DNA of 64,000 bases. Origin: Candidatus Poribacteria bacterium (GTDB lineage: Bacteria; Poribacteria; WGA-4E; B28-G17). The stretch is taken from the NCBI GenBank assembly GCA_021162805.1, contig JAGGXZ010000182.1, forward strand, positions 17,009 through 81,008. Reading direction: 5' to 3'. The notes under the pieces are model-generated. The model made no database searches. It worked only from the letters and a program-made list of their open reading frames with translations, and was not told where the DNA came from. Shown one piece after another: positions 44,271 through 54,650 of the stretch. Both the position numbers and the translations under genes were made by a program. The stretch's first letter is position 1. Each line of letters begins with the position of its first letter.

Positions 44271-46598
44271 ATGATCTCAATTCAAATTCTGGTTCTTCCC
44301 CTATTCCTTTTCTCAGCGGATCTCATCCCGAATGGAGGTTTTGAATCCGGCCTTTCGGGATGGAATAAAGTATGGACTCGTGAGCCTGGAACAGGTCAAG
44401 TTTTCCTAGATGAGAGGATCCGTCATAGCGGGAAACGATCTGCCAGGATAGAACATAAAGGCGAAAAGGACTGGAGCTTTGACCCCGACCTGCGTCTCCG
44501 GGCCTGTCCGGGCGACCTTTTCAAACTCAGGGCGTGGGTGAAGATCAAAGGAAAGGGATCAGTAACGCTCTGCGTTGTGACATACAATGGGAAAGGTGAT
44601 GTCATCAAGTGGGTCTTCGCCCCAAAATCAGTTCGGGGGACGTGCGATTGGCATCCGCTATATACGAGATTTGTTATACCGCGGGGAGTCTCTAGAATCC
44701 ATCCTCGCTTGATCGGAAGCGGTCCAGCTATAATATGGCTGGATGATTTCTCGATGGAAAGGGAGGGCAACGTGATGGAGATGCGGGATGAAGGGATGCC
44801 GTCGACGTTGAGTTTGAGCAATAAAACCATCTCGGTCACGCTCCACACCGACGATGCAGCCCTCTCCGTGCTCGATAAACGCACCGGGGAGATCTGGACT
44901 CAACGTCCTAAAGGTCAGGACGTGATCCTCAGGAGCGCAAGGATGGTGGATGATAACATAGAGATGGAGCTGTTCCACGTCCCCTCGGCCCTAGAGGTGA
45001 AGGCGACTCTCAAGCTCGACGGCGATCTGCCGGAGTTCACCCTTTCGCTGTCGGCCAAAGGGGATCTGCTGAGCCCCCTCAGGTTTCCACATCCCTTTGT
45101 GACCGATCCCGGCACCTACCTTGTCATTCCGATGAACGAGGGGATCTCCTATCCCGTCGATGATGAGAGCATCCCGCCCATGAGGCTCATCGCATACGGC
45201 GGACATGGGATCTGCATGGCGTTTTGGGGGACGACGGACGGTGGGAGAGGTTATATGGCCATAATTGAAAGCCCTGATGATGCCGCCATACGGATAGATC
45301 GGGTGGAGAGCAGGCTATGCGTTGCGCCGGAGTGGGACGCACAGAAGGGGAAATTCGGCTATAAACGCTGGCTCAGATATGTCTTCTTCGATAAGGGCGG
45401 ACATGTCGCCATCTGCAAGCGATATCGCTCCTATGCCAGGGAGATCGGGCTTTTCAAGACGCTTGAGGAGAAACGCAGGGAAAACCCAAATGTGGATCTT
45501 CTCATCGGAGCTGTGAACGTATGGTGTTGGGAGAGAGATGCTCTTGCGATCGTTCGGGAGATGAAATCGCTGGGGATCGACCGGATCCTGTGGAGTCATA
45601 GGGAAAAGCCGGATGTGATCGAAAAGATGAACGAGATGGGGATCCTCACCAGCCGATACGATATCTATCAAGACGTGATGAATCCTGAAAACTTCAAGCA
45701 TCTCCGAGGCGTACATCCCGATTGGCCCACGGAGGCCTGGCCGAAGGACATCATAATCGGTCCGGACGGCGATTGGGTGAAGGGATGGCGGGTCAGGGGA
45801 AAGGACGGCAGATGGTATCCGTGTGGTGTGCTCTGTGACAGACAGGCCCTTAAATACGCCCGAAAACGCATACCCGAGGAGCTTAAAACCCATCCCTACC
45901 GATGCCGATTTATCGACACCACCACTGCATCCCCCTGGAGGGAGTGTTATAGTCCGGATCATCCCATGACCAGAAGTGAGAGCAGACATTGGAAGATGGA
46001 GCTTTTGAGGTTCGTCTCCCAGGAGATGGGATTGGTATGTGGAAGCGAGACGGGACATGATGCCGCCGTGCCCTATGTGCACTATTTCGAGGGAATGCTG
46101 AGCCTCGGCCCCTATAGGGTGCCGGATGCGGGACGCAATATGCTTAAGATCTGGGAGGAGGTGCCCGAAAGGGTGGCCAAGTTCCAGCTTGGACATCGAT
46201 ACCGACTCCCGCTTTGGGAACTCGTCTATCATGACTGCGTTGTGGCACAGTGGTATTGGGGAGACTACAACAACAAACTGCCGGCGCTCTGGGACAAGCG
46301 AGATCTCTTTAACATCCTCTACGGCACGCCGCCCATGTTCATGTTCAACAGGGAGATATGGAATCGCTACAGGGATCGTTTCGTCCAGAGCTACAAAAAC
46401 GTCTGTCCCGTGGCCCGTGCTGTAGGATATGCCGAGATGACCGACCACCGCTTCCTGACCCCTGATCGGGATGTTCAGCAGACGCTATTTTCAAACGGGG
46501 TTATCATCACGGTCAACTTCGGCGATAAACCCTATCATCTGCCCGACGGGACCGAGGTGCCGCCCATGGGATTTCACGTAGCAGGTGTAAACAGATGA
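44271..46598 (+). CDS. Secreted glycoside hydrolase (GH129/DUF5696-like) with N-terminal CBM4/9-like domain
   Basis: Signal peptide, LIPNGGFESG CBM start, YLVIPMNEG, YDIYQD, FIDTTTA, GSETG and LPLWELVYHDC. Confidence 0.72.
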   Translation: MISIQILVLPLFLFSADLIPNGGFESGLSGWNKVWTREPGTGQVFLDERIRHSGKRSARIEHKGEKDWSFDPDLRLRACPGDLFKLRAWVKIKGKGSVTLCVVTYNGKGDVIKWVFAPKSVRGTCDWHPLYTRFVIPRGVSRIHPRLIGSGPAIIWLDDFSMEREGNVMEMRDEGMPSTLSLSNKTISVTLHTDDAALSVLDKRTGEIWTQRPKGQDVILRSARMVDDNIEMELFHVPSALEVKATLKLDGDLPEFTLSLSAKGDLLSPLRFPHPFVTDPGTYLVIPMNEGISYPVDDESIPPMRLIAYGGHGICMAFWGTTDGGRGYMAIIESPDDAAIRIDRVESRLCVAPEWDAQKGKFGYKRWLRYVFFDKGGHVAICKRYRSYAREIGLFKTLEEKRRENPNVDLLIGAVNVWCWERDALAIVREMKSLGIDRILWSHREKPDVIEKMNEMGILTSRYDIYQDVMNPENFKHLRGVHPDWPTEAWPKDIIIGPDGDWVKGWRVRGKDGRWYPCGVLCDRQALKYARKRIPEELKTHPYRCRFIDTTTASPWRECYSPDHPMTRSESRHWKMELLRFVSQEMGLVCGSETGHDAAVPYVHYFEGMLSLGPYRVPDAGRNMLKIWEEVPERVAKFQLGHRYRLPLWELVYHDCVVAQWYWGDYNNKLPALWDKRDLFNILYGTPPMFMFNREIWNRYRDRFVQSYKNVCPVARAVGYAEMTDHRFLTPDRDVQQTLFSNGVIITVNFGDKPYHLPDGTEVPPMGFHVAGVNR

Positions 46599-46612
46599 AG
46601 GGGGCAGGGAAA

Positions 46613-46843
46613 ATGGCTGTGCGCGATATAACTATCGCTAAGATTCGGCAATTACCCGAATCCTTAGTTCAAGAGGTAAGCGATTTCATCGATTTTCTGC
46701 TGATGAAACATGATAAAACACGCTGGCTGTTATGGATACATTTCGCTGAAGCCTTAGAGCTAGCCGAATCCGATTTTGATGAATATCTGGCTAACCTGGA
46801 GAACTATGAAGATCGCCTTGCGCGTGGGGAAATCCAATGGTGA
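46613..46843 (+). CDS. DUF2281-like antitoxin
   Basis: KIRQLPESLVQEVSDFIDFL; overlaps the downstream toxin gene. Confidence 0.75.
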   Translation: MAVRDITIAKIRQLPESLVQEVSDFIDFLLMKHDKTRWLLWIHFAEALELAESDFDEYLANLENYEDRLARGEIQW

Positions 46844-47181
46844 CTATACATCGTGGTGACGTGGTACTATGTGACTTAAACCCGATAGTCGGTACAGAAC
46901 AATCGGGTATACGGCCCGCCGTTGTTGTTCAGATTGATCGTGCGAACGCTGTAAGCCCTCATACGATCATCGTGCCTTTTACAACAAAAATCCGACGAGC
47001 TCTTTTGCCTTCTCACGCCTTTGTTCCCGCAGGGATCGGAGGTCTGAGCAGAGATTCGGTAGCACTTTGTGAACAGATCCGTGTGATAGATAAGCGAAGA
47101 ATCATTAAAGTCCTTGGTCACTTGGATAATCCATATCTCGAAGAAATAGCGAAGGCCTTGCGTACGATCCTTGGATTATAA
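46837..47181 (+). CDS. PemK/MazF-family endoribonuclease toxin
   Basis: RGDV...DLNP..GTEQSG.RPAVVV and GL..DSVALCEQIR.IDK.R. Confidence 0.93.
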   Translation: MVTIHRGDVVLCDLNPIVGTEQSGIRPAVVVQIDRANAVSPHTIIVPFTTKIRRALLPSHAFVPAGIGGLSRDSVALCEQIRVIDKRRIIKVLGHLDNPYLEEIAKALRTILGL

Positions 47182-47193
47182 AGGTGGGATGAG

Positions 47194-48348
47194 ATGAGAA
47201 GGATATTTCTGAAGGACATGGCGTATCACAAGGGCAGGGTAGCGCTTACCACCCTCACCATCATGGCACTTGTTATGCTGATTCTTCTGATCGGCGGCAT
47301 AATGAACGGGTTGCGTTGGGAGGCGAGGAGATATCCCGAATACACGGGCGCCGATATCTGGGTCTCAAGCGAGCGTTCTGGCGGCGTGTTCGTGGGGTTT
47401 TCCATACTTAACCCCGAATATGTGGAGCCGGCTTTGAGGGATGAAGGGCTGGATAAAGATTCGATCTCGCCCCTTATCTTCGCGCAGGTGCAACCCCTTA
47501 TCCACGGAAAGGAGACCAAGGCGGTTGTGGTGGGGTGCAGGATCGACAAGCTGGGCGGTCCCAAGAAGAGAGATATCATCACGGGAAGGCTCTTCACGCC
47601 AGGGCCTAAGGGATATGCGCCGGAGGCCAAGCTCCCACCGCCTGAGGTCGTGGTGGACGAAAGCGCCGGATTGGAGGTTGGGGAGACAGTAGAGCTATGG
47701 GGTAGGCAGTTCAGGGTTATCGGCAAGGTAAGACACCTTTTCTTCGTCTTCGATGTCCCCATAATCTTCATGGATCTCTCCCAGGCGAGGATGGGGATAT
47801 TAAAGAACGCCATCTACGTCAACAGCTACATCGCAAAGGTCAAGCCCGGATATTCGCCCGATGAGGTGGCTGCCCGCCTGGATAAAAACGCCGATGTTCT
47901 CGAGGCCGTTGAGGTGAAAAGCACAGATCAGATCATAAGGACGATCTTGCGTAACTACGTTGATGAACCGATGAAAGGGGTTCAGTTCCTCAGGATCGTC
48001 CTCTGGATCGCCTCCGGATTGATCGTGTTGATGATCACATATGTTACCACGCTCGAAAAAACACGTGAGATAGGGATACTCAAAGCGATTGGAGCTACGA
48101 ACCGATACATCATCTCGATGACGATGAAACAGGTGTTGCTCATGACGGGCGCGGGTCTCACGTTGGGGATACTGTTGGCGAGGTTGGCGGTCTACGGTTT
48201 CCCGATCTTCGTCCTGATAAACTGGAAGGAGGCGGGACTGGCTGCCGGAGTAACATTGGCCGTCTGTTATGCAGGTGGATACTGGGCTGCCAGACGAGTT
48301 TTGTTCGTCGATCCGATGATAGCCTTCAGGGGAGAACTGGAGACATAA
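47194..48348 (+). CDS. MacB/FtsX-type ABC transporter permease
   Basis: N-terminal TM, periplasmic domain, EKTREIGILKAIGA, further TMs and DP..A.R end. Confidence 0.88.
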   Translation: MRRIFLKDMAYHKGRVALTTLTIMALVMLILLIGGIMNGLRWEARRYPEYTGADIWVSSERSGGVFVGFSILNPEYVEPALRDEGLDKDSISPLIFAQVQPLIHGKETKAVVVGCRIDKLGGPKKRDIITGRLFTPGPKGYAPEAKLPPPEVVVDESAGLEVGETVELWGRQFRVIGKVRHLFFVFDVPIIFMDLSQARMGILKNAIYVNSYIAKVKPGYSPDEVAARLDKNADVLEAVEVKSTDQIIRTILRNYVDEPMKGVQFLRIVLWIASGLIVLMITYVTTLEKTREIGILKAIGATNRYIISMTMKQVLLMTGAGLTLGILLARLAVYGFPIFVLINWKEAGLAAGVTLAVCYAGGYWAARRVLFVDPMIAFRGELET

Positions 48349-49666
48349 CCTCCTCGATCCGATCCGGAAGGATGCCGACGAGATAGGCCATATCCAGAAT
48401 CGTCCATCTGTTCCTTATCTCCCTGGCGTGTAAGACGGCTTCCCTGAACTCCTCCTCGCTCACTCCTATCTCATCAATCCTCGTCGGAGCGCCTGCGGTT
48501 TTCAAATTCTCCAAAATCTTATGAGGTGGGACCCAACTTTCGAGTATCAATCCTCTGATATGATCCCATTTCTTTTGTATCTTGCCTAAAACACGTTTCA
48601 TCTCATCAGGAGGGAGCCATTTCCCCTTGAACTCTTCCAGCACCTCCTCCGCCATACCGCCGTATCTTTCCTTGAACTCCCCGATCCTTTCCCCGGGTGG
48701 CCGAAACGCCGAGGGGTTGGGCTGCCATTCCTCAGGTGACATCTCCAGCCAGATGCCGTAAATCTTCGAGGTCACTATGGTCCCGATCCCGACCTGTTCC
48801 CCGTGCATGGCGGGAGTTCTTTCGGATCGATGTGCCTGCATATCGAGCCAATGGGAGATGAGATGTTCCCCGCCTGAAGCCGGGCTTGAGCTTCCGGCTA
48901 CGGTCATGCTGATTCCGGATTCGATCAGGGCGTCCAAGAGGAACGCAACCGCGTCGGGATCGCCTCGCTTTATACCTTCCAATCTTCCTTCCAGTTTTCT
49001 CTCAGCCGAAGATACGCCCATCCGCGGCAGGGGGCAGTAGTATCCGCCGAACAGAAGGCTTGAAAGATGCCAATCTAAGTCGGCGACCGTCTTGGACTGC
49101 AGATCCGCGTATCCGGACGAGTTCATCCTGGAGGGCGCCGAGGCAACTATATCCGGTTCGGTTGCAACACCCAAGGGCGGACGCGCCGGCAACGTTCGTT
49201 TTACGCCATGCACCGATAATGCGGCTATCGAGGAGGTATACCCGTTCATGCTCGCCGCCGTCGGTATGACGATATAGGGTTTCCGCGCCTTGTATGCCCC
49301 CCATTTGGCCAGATCGTTGACCGTTCCACTTCCCACCGCCACCACACCTGATACATCTCTGCCCGCGGAGAACACCTCTATACCCAGCTCCTCGGTAGCC
49401 CGGGAGGATGAAGGGAAGATCATCTCCATAACATCAAATCCCGCCCCGATGAGTCTCCTCTTTGCTCTTTCGCCCGCGACGCGGTATGTCGTCTCATCGG
49501 CGACGAGCAACACCTTCCCGGACCATTCTTCCTCTTTTAACCTCTCCGGAAGTCTCCCCAAGGCCTCAGGTTTCAGGTCAACCCATTTTGTCGGGATGAC
49601 ATGTTCGCGCCCGCAAAGCTCACATCTCCATCGTCGTCCGAGCATATCACGGAATCTAAAGCTCAT
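48326..49666 (-). CDS. sn-glycerol-1-phosphate dehydrogenase (AraM/EgsA family)
   Basis: CELCGREH N-terminus, GSGTVNDLAK, PTAASMNGYTS, SSPASGGEHLISH and HGEQVG. Confidence 0.88.
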   Translation of the reverse strand: MSFRFRDMLGRRWRCELCGREHVIPTKWVDLKPEALGRLPERLKEEEWSGKVLLVADETTYRVAGERAKRRLIGAGFDVMEMIFPSSSRATEELGIEVFSAGRDVSGVVAVGSGTVNDLAKWGAYKARKPYIVIPTAASMNGYTSSIAALSVHGVKRTLPARPPLGVATEPDIVASAPSRMNSSGYADLQSKTVADLDWHLSSLLFGGYYCPLPRMGVSSAERKLEGRLEGIKRGDPDAVAFLLDALIESGISMTVAGSSSPASGGEHLISHWLDMQAHRSERTPAMHGEQVGIGTIVTSKIYGIWLEMSPEEWQPNPSAFRPPGERIGEFKERYGGMAEEVLEEFKGKWLPPDEMKRVLGKIQKKWDHIRGLILESWVPPHKILENLKTAGAPTRIDEIGVSEEEFREAVLHAREIRNRWTILDMAYLVGILPDRIEEVMSPVLP

Positions 49667-49689
49667 GGTTTCCCTCCTGGCTAAGGTGG

Positions 49690-50685
49690 CTAGAAGCTTA
49701 AGGTGAGCGATGCCCTGTGTGCGTCGCCCAGATCACCGTATGAGATGAAAGCGTAATCTATCCTATAGTTTCCGGATCTATATCCTATTCCGCCGCTGAG
49801 CCTTGAAAGACCGGATCGATCGGGATCCGTCCGATATCCCACCCTAAGTGAGAATCCATTGGCCATTTGATATTCCGCTCCCAATCTGAACAGATTTGCT
49901 CCGCTGGAAGGCAGATCAGCCTCACAGGCCAGTATAAGTCTGTTTTCGGGGGGAGGTCCGCCTTCGGCGACAGCTCTTCTACGTCCTTTGAACTTCAACT
50001 GGTAGCTAGCTCCGAAGGCGATTTCGGTGGGGATGACGGCGGTTTTCGATGAGAATCCCTCCGCGCTGAACTTCACGTCCCTATAGCAGACTCCTACCCT
50101 CAGATCGGGAAGCGGCGTTTCGTAGATAAGGCCAAAAGAAAAGGATGAGCCCTGTCTTTGGTATTGGGGCATAGAGGAAGACGTCCCTTCGAAGGAGAGG
50201 CCGCTGCGAGCCAGCTTGAAGGTCGTTCCCAGCCTTACATTCATCATCGGAGCTGTTCCGAGGCCTACCTGAAAGAGGGTATCGGAATAACTGAAGGTTC
50301 CATCCTCCGCGTATCCCCACGCTCCGGCGCTTGACTCGACCGTTCTGACATCGGGGGGAGCATGGAGGTATGAGATGGAGGCGGCGACGGTGAAGAGATC
50401 GGCTATGGGCTGGGCGAAGCTGATCCATTCGTATCGTATGCCTCCGAACCACTCGTAATGCGATGCCATCAGTTGTGGAGAGTTCAACCCACTTAGACCG
50501 GCGGGATTGAGGGATAAGGAGGAGATATCGTCGGCCATACCGACACATGCCTCTCCCATACCGGACGATCGGACTCCCATGGATATCCCCATCACCTGGA
50601 AATCCACCGTTCCTCTCGTTCCCTCCTCCGCGGCGGCTGGGAAGATAAGGATGATGGACAGTATCAACGCCAGCAGAACACGCAT
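49690..50685 (-). CDS. PorV/PorQ-like outer-membrane beta-barrel protein
   Basis: Signal peptide, F..MG..VRSSGMGEA...ADD.SSL..NPAGL, H.EW, amphipathic strands, GAEY, LRVGY, IDYA and C-terminal HRASLTLSF. Confidence 0.82.
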   Translation of the reverse strand: MRVLLALILSIILIFPAAAEEGTRGTVDFQVMGISMGVRSSGMGEACVGMADDISSLSLNPAGLSGLNSPQLMASHYEWFGGIRYEWISFAQPIADLFTVAASISYLHAPPDVRTVESSAGAWGYAEDGTFSYSDTLFQVGLGTAPMMNVRLGTTFKLARSGLSFEGTSSSMPQYQRQGSSFSFGLIYETPLPDLRVGVCYRDVKFSAEGFSSKTAVIPTEIAFGASYQLKFKGRRRAVAEGGPPPENRLILACEADLPSSGANLFRLGAEYQMANGFSLRVGYRTDPDRSGLSRLSGGIGYRSGNYRIDYAFISYGDLGDAHRASLTLSF

Positions 50686-50957
50686 TATCTGACGCCCCCT
50701 CCTTCAACCGATTTTAACCTCAATTTGAGCTCATCGAGGGCCTTGTTGAGTATCTCCACCTCGTTCTCCTTGGCCTTCAGTTTCTCTCTTGCGTTCCTCA
50801 GCTCCTCGGCCAGCCTCTTGCGTTCGGCCATCTCCTGTCGATACATCCTCTCCATCCGCTTGAGCTTGACGCCGTAGAAGGTGGAGAGAGCAGCCAGAAA
50901 TATGAAGATAGCGGCCACCGTCGCCGAGATTATGTAGAAGGTTCGGTTGGTGAACAT
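50685..50957 (-). CDS. Small membrane-anchored coiled-coil protein
   Basis: N-terminal TM then heptad-rich helix; coupled to the porV-like gene. Confidence 0.65.
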   Translation of the reverse strand: MFTNRTFYIISATVAAIFIFLAALSTFYGVKLKRMERMYRQEMAERKRLAEELRNAREKLKAKENEVEILNKALDELKLRLKSVEGGGVR

Positions 50958-50971
50958 TCCGATGTCTGGTG

Positions 50972-52234
50972 TTATCTCCTGCTTTTTCTTATGAGCTTAT
51001 CCCTTTCCTCTTTCGTCATCTCATAGAGGAATCTGAACAGCTCCACATCTTCCTCTGTTAGCTCCACCTTACGCCTGGCCATGGCAGCTCTAGCGGTCTC
51101 TATGCCGTGTTTCAGTCCCATACCCCTGCTGAACCTATTCCTGAAGAACCAGGTGAACGAGGGGATGAACTTGGGCAGCAGTTCTCCGGCTGCCGGCAGG
51201 ATGTTACACATCATCCCCACGACGCTTCCGGTGGTGAACAGGGAACCGAGACCTGTTTTCGTGTGATCTCCGACGAACATCCCCACCTTCATCTCGTTCG
51301 AGTCGACCAATTTCCCTCTGATATAGACCTGAACCTGGGTGTAGTCGTTTTTGAGGTCGCTGTTGGTGGTGAGCGCCCCTAAGTTCACCCACTCACCTAT
51401 GTAGGCATGTCCTACGAATCCGTCGTGATATTTGTTCGAGTATCCGTGGAAGATCGATTCCTCGACCTCACCTCCTACCCTGCAGACGGGACCGATGGAG
51501 GTGCCCTCTCTGACCTTAGCGCCGACTATCATCGTGTCTCTTCCTATGTATGCCGGACCTTCAACGCGCGTGTGAGGATAGATCTTGGCGCCCTCATCCA
51601 CGTAGACCGGGCCCTCAGTTGTATCGAGCACGACGAACGGCTGAACCTCAGCCGTCTCGGCGACGAAGACCTTATCCTTATCGCCGTATACGACGGCATA
51701 TTCGGCAAATTTGCCGTAGATCCCGCTCCGGCCGAACGACTCGAAATCCCATCTCATCGCATCAGGGTTGTAATTGATAAGCTCCCACGGATATGAAAGC
51801 AGCGCCGTGTCCATCTCCTCCTTCGGCAGGGAGGATCTCAGATTCTCCAGAAGCTGTGGAAGGGTATCGGCCCTGTTTTCCTCTACAGTCTGCCGCTTTG
51901 CCCTGATATAGACCACCTCATCCCCCTTGATGCCGACCACCTCGTCTCCCTCAAGGGAGATCTCGCCATATCTCATCAGCCATCGGCCGTTTAAAAACAG
52001 GGTATCATCCTTCTCGAGGTAGCTCAGATCGTTTATGGCGTTGACGCTGACCCTTTTTTTGAACGTCGGGACGAGGTAATCCCTGAGGAAAACGCAGACC
52101 TCCGTTTCCGGGAAGTTCCTTCTGATCCTCTCAAGTAGGCTTATATAGCCACATCTGAGCTCAAACGTCGCCCTCGTGAGGGTAAGAGGGAAGAAACAAT
52201 CAAATTTTTCATCTTCAAACACGCAGATTCTCAT
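50972..52234 (-). CDS. GlmU-like sugar nucleotidyl/acetyltransferase (NTP_transf_4 plus hexapeptide)
   Basis: FPLTLTRATFELRCG, PWELI, GPVY, GGEVE.S, SNKYHDGFVGH and LGA.TTNSDLKN. Confidence 0.88.
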   Translation of the reverse strand: MRICVFEDEKFDCFFPLTLTRATFELRCGYISLLERIRRNFPETEVCVFLRDYLVPTFKKRVSVNAINDLSYLEKDDTLFLNGRWLMRYGEISLEGDEVVGIKGDEVVYIRAKRQTVEENRADTLPQLLENLRSSLPKEEMDTALLSYPWELINYNPDAMRWDFESFGRSGIYGKFAEYAVVYGDKDKVFVAETAEVQPFVVLDTTEGPVYVDEGAKIYPHTRVEGPAYIGRDTMIVGAKVREGTSIGPVCRVGGEVEESIFHGYSNKYHDGFVGHAYIGEWVNLGALTTNSDLKNDYTQVQVYIRGKLVDSNEMKVGMFVGDHTKTGLGSLFTTGSVVGMMCNILPAAGELLPKFIPSFTWFFRNRFSRGMGLKHGIETARAAMARRKVELTEEDVELFRFLYEMTKEERDKLIRKSRR

Positions 52235-52262
52235 TGTTATCCTCCATGGTTAAGATTATCCT

Positions 52263-53273
52263 TTATCCGATTTCCCTCTGGCTTTTCTGCCCCTGAACGA
52301 CAGTCACGGCGACGACGCCGACTATATCCTGAACGCTCGCTCCCCTTGAAAGGTCGTTCACCGGTTTTGAGAAACCCTGAAATAGCGGACCGTATGCCTC
52401 CGCGCCGGCCAGATACTGTGTGAGCTTATAGGCGATATTGCCGGCGTTAAGATCGGGGAATATCAGAACGTTCGCCCTACCCGCCACCGGACTTTCATCT
52501 TTCACCTTCCTGGCCGCCACCTCAGGGACTATGGCCGTATCAGCCTGAAACTCACCGTCTATCAGCAGATCCGGAGCCTTCTCTCTGGCGATCTTAAGCG
52601 CCTCGATGACCTTATCGGCGAGCGGGTGAGCGGCACTGCCCCTGGTCGAGAAGGAGAGCATGGCAACCTTTGGCTCCCATCCCAGCAGCTCTCTGGCGCT
52701 CTGGGCTGAGGCCACCGCTATCTCAGCCAGCTCCTGGGGGGAGGGATCGACGTTTACCCCGGCATCGGCGTAGATGAAGGCGCCATCCTCACCATATGGG
52801 CAGCCGTCAACATACATGATGAAGAAGCTGGACGGGATGGTGAACCCCTCCCTGAGGCCTATCACCAGGTGTGCGGCCCTTATCACGGCGGCCGTTATAC
52901 TTGCGACTCCGCCGATCATCCCATCGCAATCCCCAACCCTCACCATCATAGCGGCGAAGTAAAGCGCCCTTCTCATCAACCTCTTCGCCACCGCCTCGGA
53001 GGCATCGGGCCTTACCCTGAGATATTCGGAGATGTATCCCTTCATATCGGGAAATCTGCGGGGATTGACGATCTCAACCCCTTCTAGGGAGCACCCGATC
53101 TCCTGGGCGAGCTTACCGAGCTTCTCCTCATCTCCAATAAGCACCGGATATGCGATCCCCTCCCTGACAAGGATCTCCGATGCCCTTAGCACCCTTTCGT
53201 CCTCGCCTTCCGGTAGGGCAATCCTCTTGGGGTCTCTCTTAGCCTGCTCTATGATCTTCCGGATCGGGTTCAA
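52263..53273 (-). CDS. pta: Phosphate acetyltransferase
   Basis: LPEGEDERVL.A, VAMLSFSTRGS, DGEFQAD.A, FPDLNAGNIAYK and PVNDLSRG. Confidence 0.95.
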   Translation of the reverse strand: MNPIRKIIEQAKRDPKRIALPEGEDERVLRASEILVREGIAYPVLIGDEEKLGKLAQEIGCSLEGVEIVNPRRFPDMKGYISEYLRVRPDASEAVAKRLMRRALYFAAMMVRVGDCDGMIGGVASITAAVIRAAHLVIGLREGFTIPSSFFIMYVDGCPYGEDGAFIYADAGVNVDPSPQELAEIAVASAQSARELLGWEPKVAMLSFSTRGSAAHPLADKVIEALKIAREKAPDLLIDGEFQADTAIVPEVAARKVKDESPVAGRANVLIFPDLNAGNIAYKLTQYLAGAEAYGPLFQGFSKPVNDLSRGASVQDIVGVVAVTVVQGQKSQREIG

Positions 53274-53294
53274 GATGCACCTCCGCTCTGTGCT

Positions 53295-54089
53295 TTAAAC
53301 GATAGAGCTTCCCAGCTCCTTCCACATCCTCTCGGCATAGAGGTAGTAATCCTTTCTCGCCAGTTTGCTCGCTGCTCCCTCATCTAGAACGACTATGGTG
53401 TTAGGGTGGAGCTGGAGTGCTGAAGCGGTGATCTGATTTGTGATGGGACCTTCAATCGCCTTGGCCACCACTTCGGCCTTTCTCTCACCGTTTGCAAGCA
53501 ACAGGCAAGTCCTCGCCTCCAATATCGTCCCAACCCCCATGGTGATGGCCGCCCGCGGCACCTCATCGAGGGAGTCGAAAAACCTGGAGTTGTCTATCCT
53601 GGTCTGCTCATCCAGTGCGATAAGTCTGGTTCTCGATGCTAAAGATGAGCCGGGTTCGTTGAAAGCTATATGTCCATCTCCGCCTATTCCCAAAACCTGA
53701 AGGTCTATGCCGCCCGCATCCTTGATCATCTTCTCATAGTTACGGCAGTACTCTTCGATATCCTCCATCGGGACGGTTCCGTCGGGGACGTGGGTGTTTT
53801 CAGGTTTGATATTTATGTGGTTGAACAGGTTTTCGTTCATGAAGTATCGGTAGCTTTCGGGGTGGGTCGGCGGAAGACCATAGTACTCATCCAGGTTAAA
53901 GGTGATAACGCTGGAGAAGTCCAGATGTTCCTCCCTATGCATCCTGATCAACTCCTTGTACATACCGACCGGTGTGCTGCCGGTAGCCAACCCTAAAACG
54001 CAGTTCGGCTTCCTCCTCACCAGGGATGCTACGATCTGAGCGGCGGTCTTCGACATCTCCTCATAATCCTTTCTGATCAGAACCTTCAC
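53295..54089 (-). CDS. nagB: Glucosamine-6-phosphate deaminase
   Basis: LGLATGSTP, TFNLDEY, GGIDLQVLGIG.DGHIAFNEPG and ASALQLH. Confidence 0.97.
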   Translation of the reverse strand: MKVLIRKDYEEMSKTAAQIVASLVRRKPNCVLGLATGSTPVGMYKELIRMHREEHLDFSSVITFNLDEYYGLPPTHPESYRYFMNENLFNHINIKPENTHVPDGTVPMEDIEEYCRNYEKMIKDAGGIDLQVLGIGGDGHIAFNEPGSSLASRTRLIALDEQTRIDNSRFFDSLDEVPRAAITMGVGTILEARTCLLLANGERKAEVVAKAIEGPITNQITASALQLHPNTIVVLDEGAASKLARKDYYLYAERMWKELGSSIV

Positions 54090-54130
54090 CTCAACCCTCC
54101 TTCAGGTTTTTTCGCCTTAAAGGCGGGACA

Positions 54131-54160
54131 AGTATATCATAAAGGAGGTAGCGGAGTCAA
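54131..54160 (-). promoter_or_regulatory. Sigma70 promoter of the nagB operon
   Basis: Minus strand TTGACT-18 nt-TATACT with extended -10 TG. Confidence 0.65.
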
Positions 54161-54233
54161 CGGACCGCCGTAAAGTGGGTGCATAAGAAATTTATCGGTA
54201 ACAGGAGGACAAGAGAGGGATGACAAGATAGAT

Positions 54234-54650
54234 GGGATTATGTCAAAATAAACTCCGAAACCAAAATGGTTCCGGAGGGAAAAAATGACCATAGAAACAA
54301 TAACACGATACCTTCAAGAGAGTCAAGCCCTTGAGGAGAGAGTCCGTGGAGAAAGCTTCCAACAGATAGAGAGAGAAGTCTTTCTATACGTGAAGAGGAT
54401 AGGAGTAGCTCTTATGACAAGCATTCTCAACAGGCTATCACATGAAGATCATGAAGAGAGGAAAGGAGAATATGAAGGGGAATTTCAAGGGTATAGGAGG
54501 AGGAAGATAAGAACGATAATGGGAGAAGTTGAGTATAAGAGAGCCTATTACTGGAGCAAAGAGAGAGGAGGATATGCGCCATTTGATCAGAAACTGGGCC
54601 TGGATGGAGGGAACTTATCACCCTGGCTGAAAGAGGGGGTAACACTGCTT
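54234..54650 (+). mobile_element. 5' fragment of an ISKra4/ISLre2-like (UPF0236-type) transposase element
   Basis: ORF from 54285 with GYRRRKIRTIMGEVEYKRAYY...GYAPFDQKLGL....SP, cut near 54650; candidate end GGGATTATGTCAAAATAA. Confidence 0.65.

Noticed and set aside
54170..54233. Possible additional IS end (GGGTGCATAAGAAATTT)
   Set aside because: No partner inverted repeat or transposase can be tied to it within the window.
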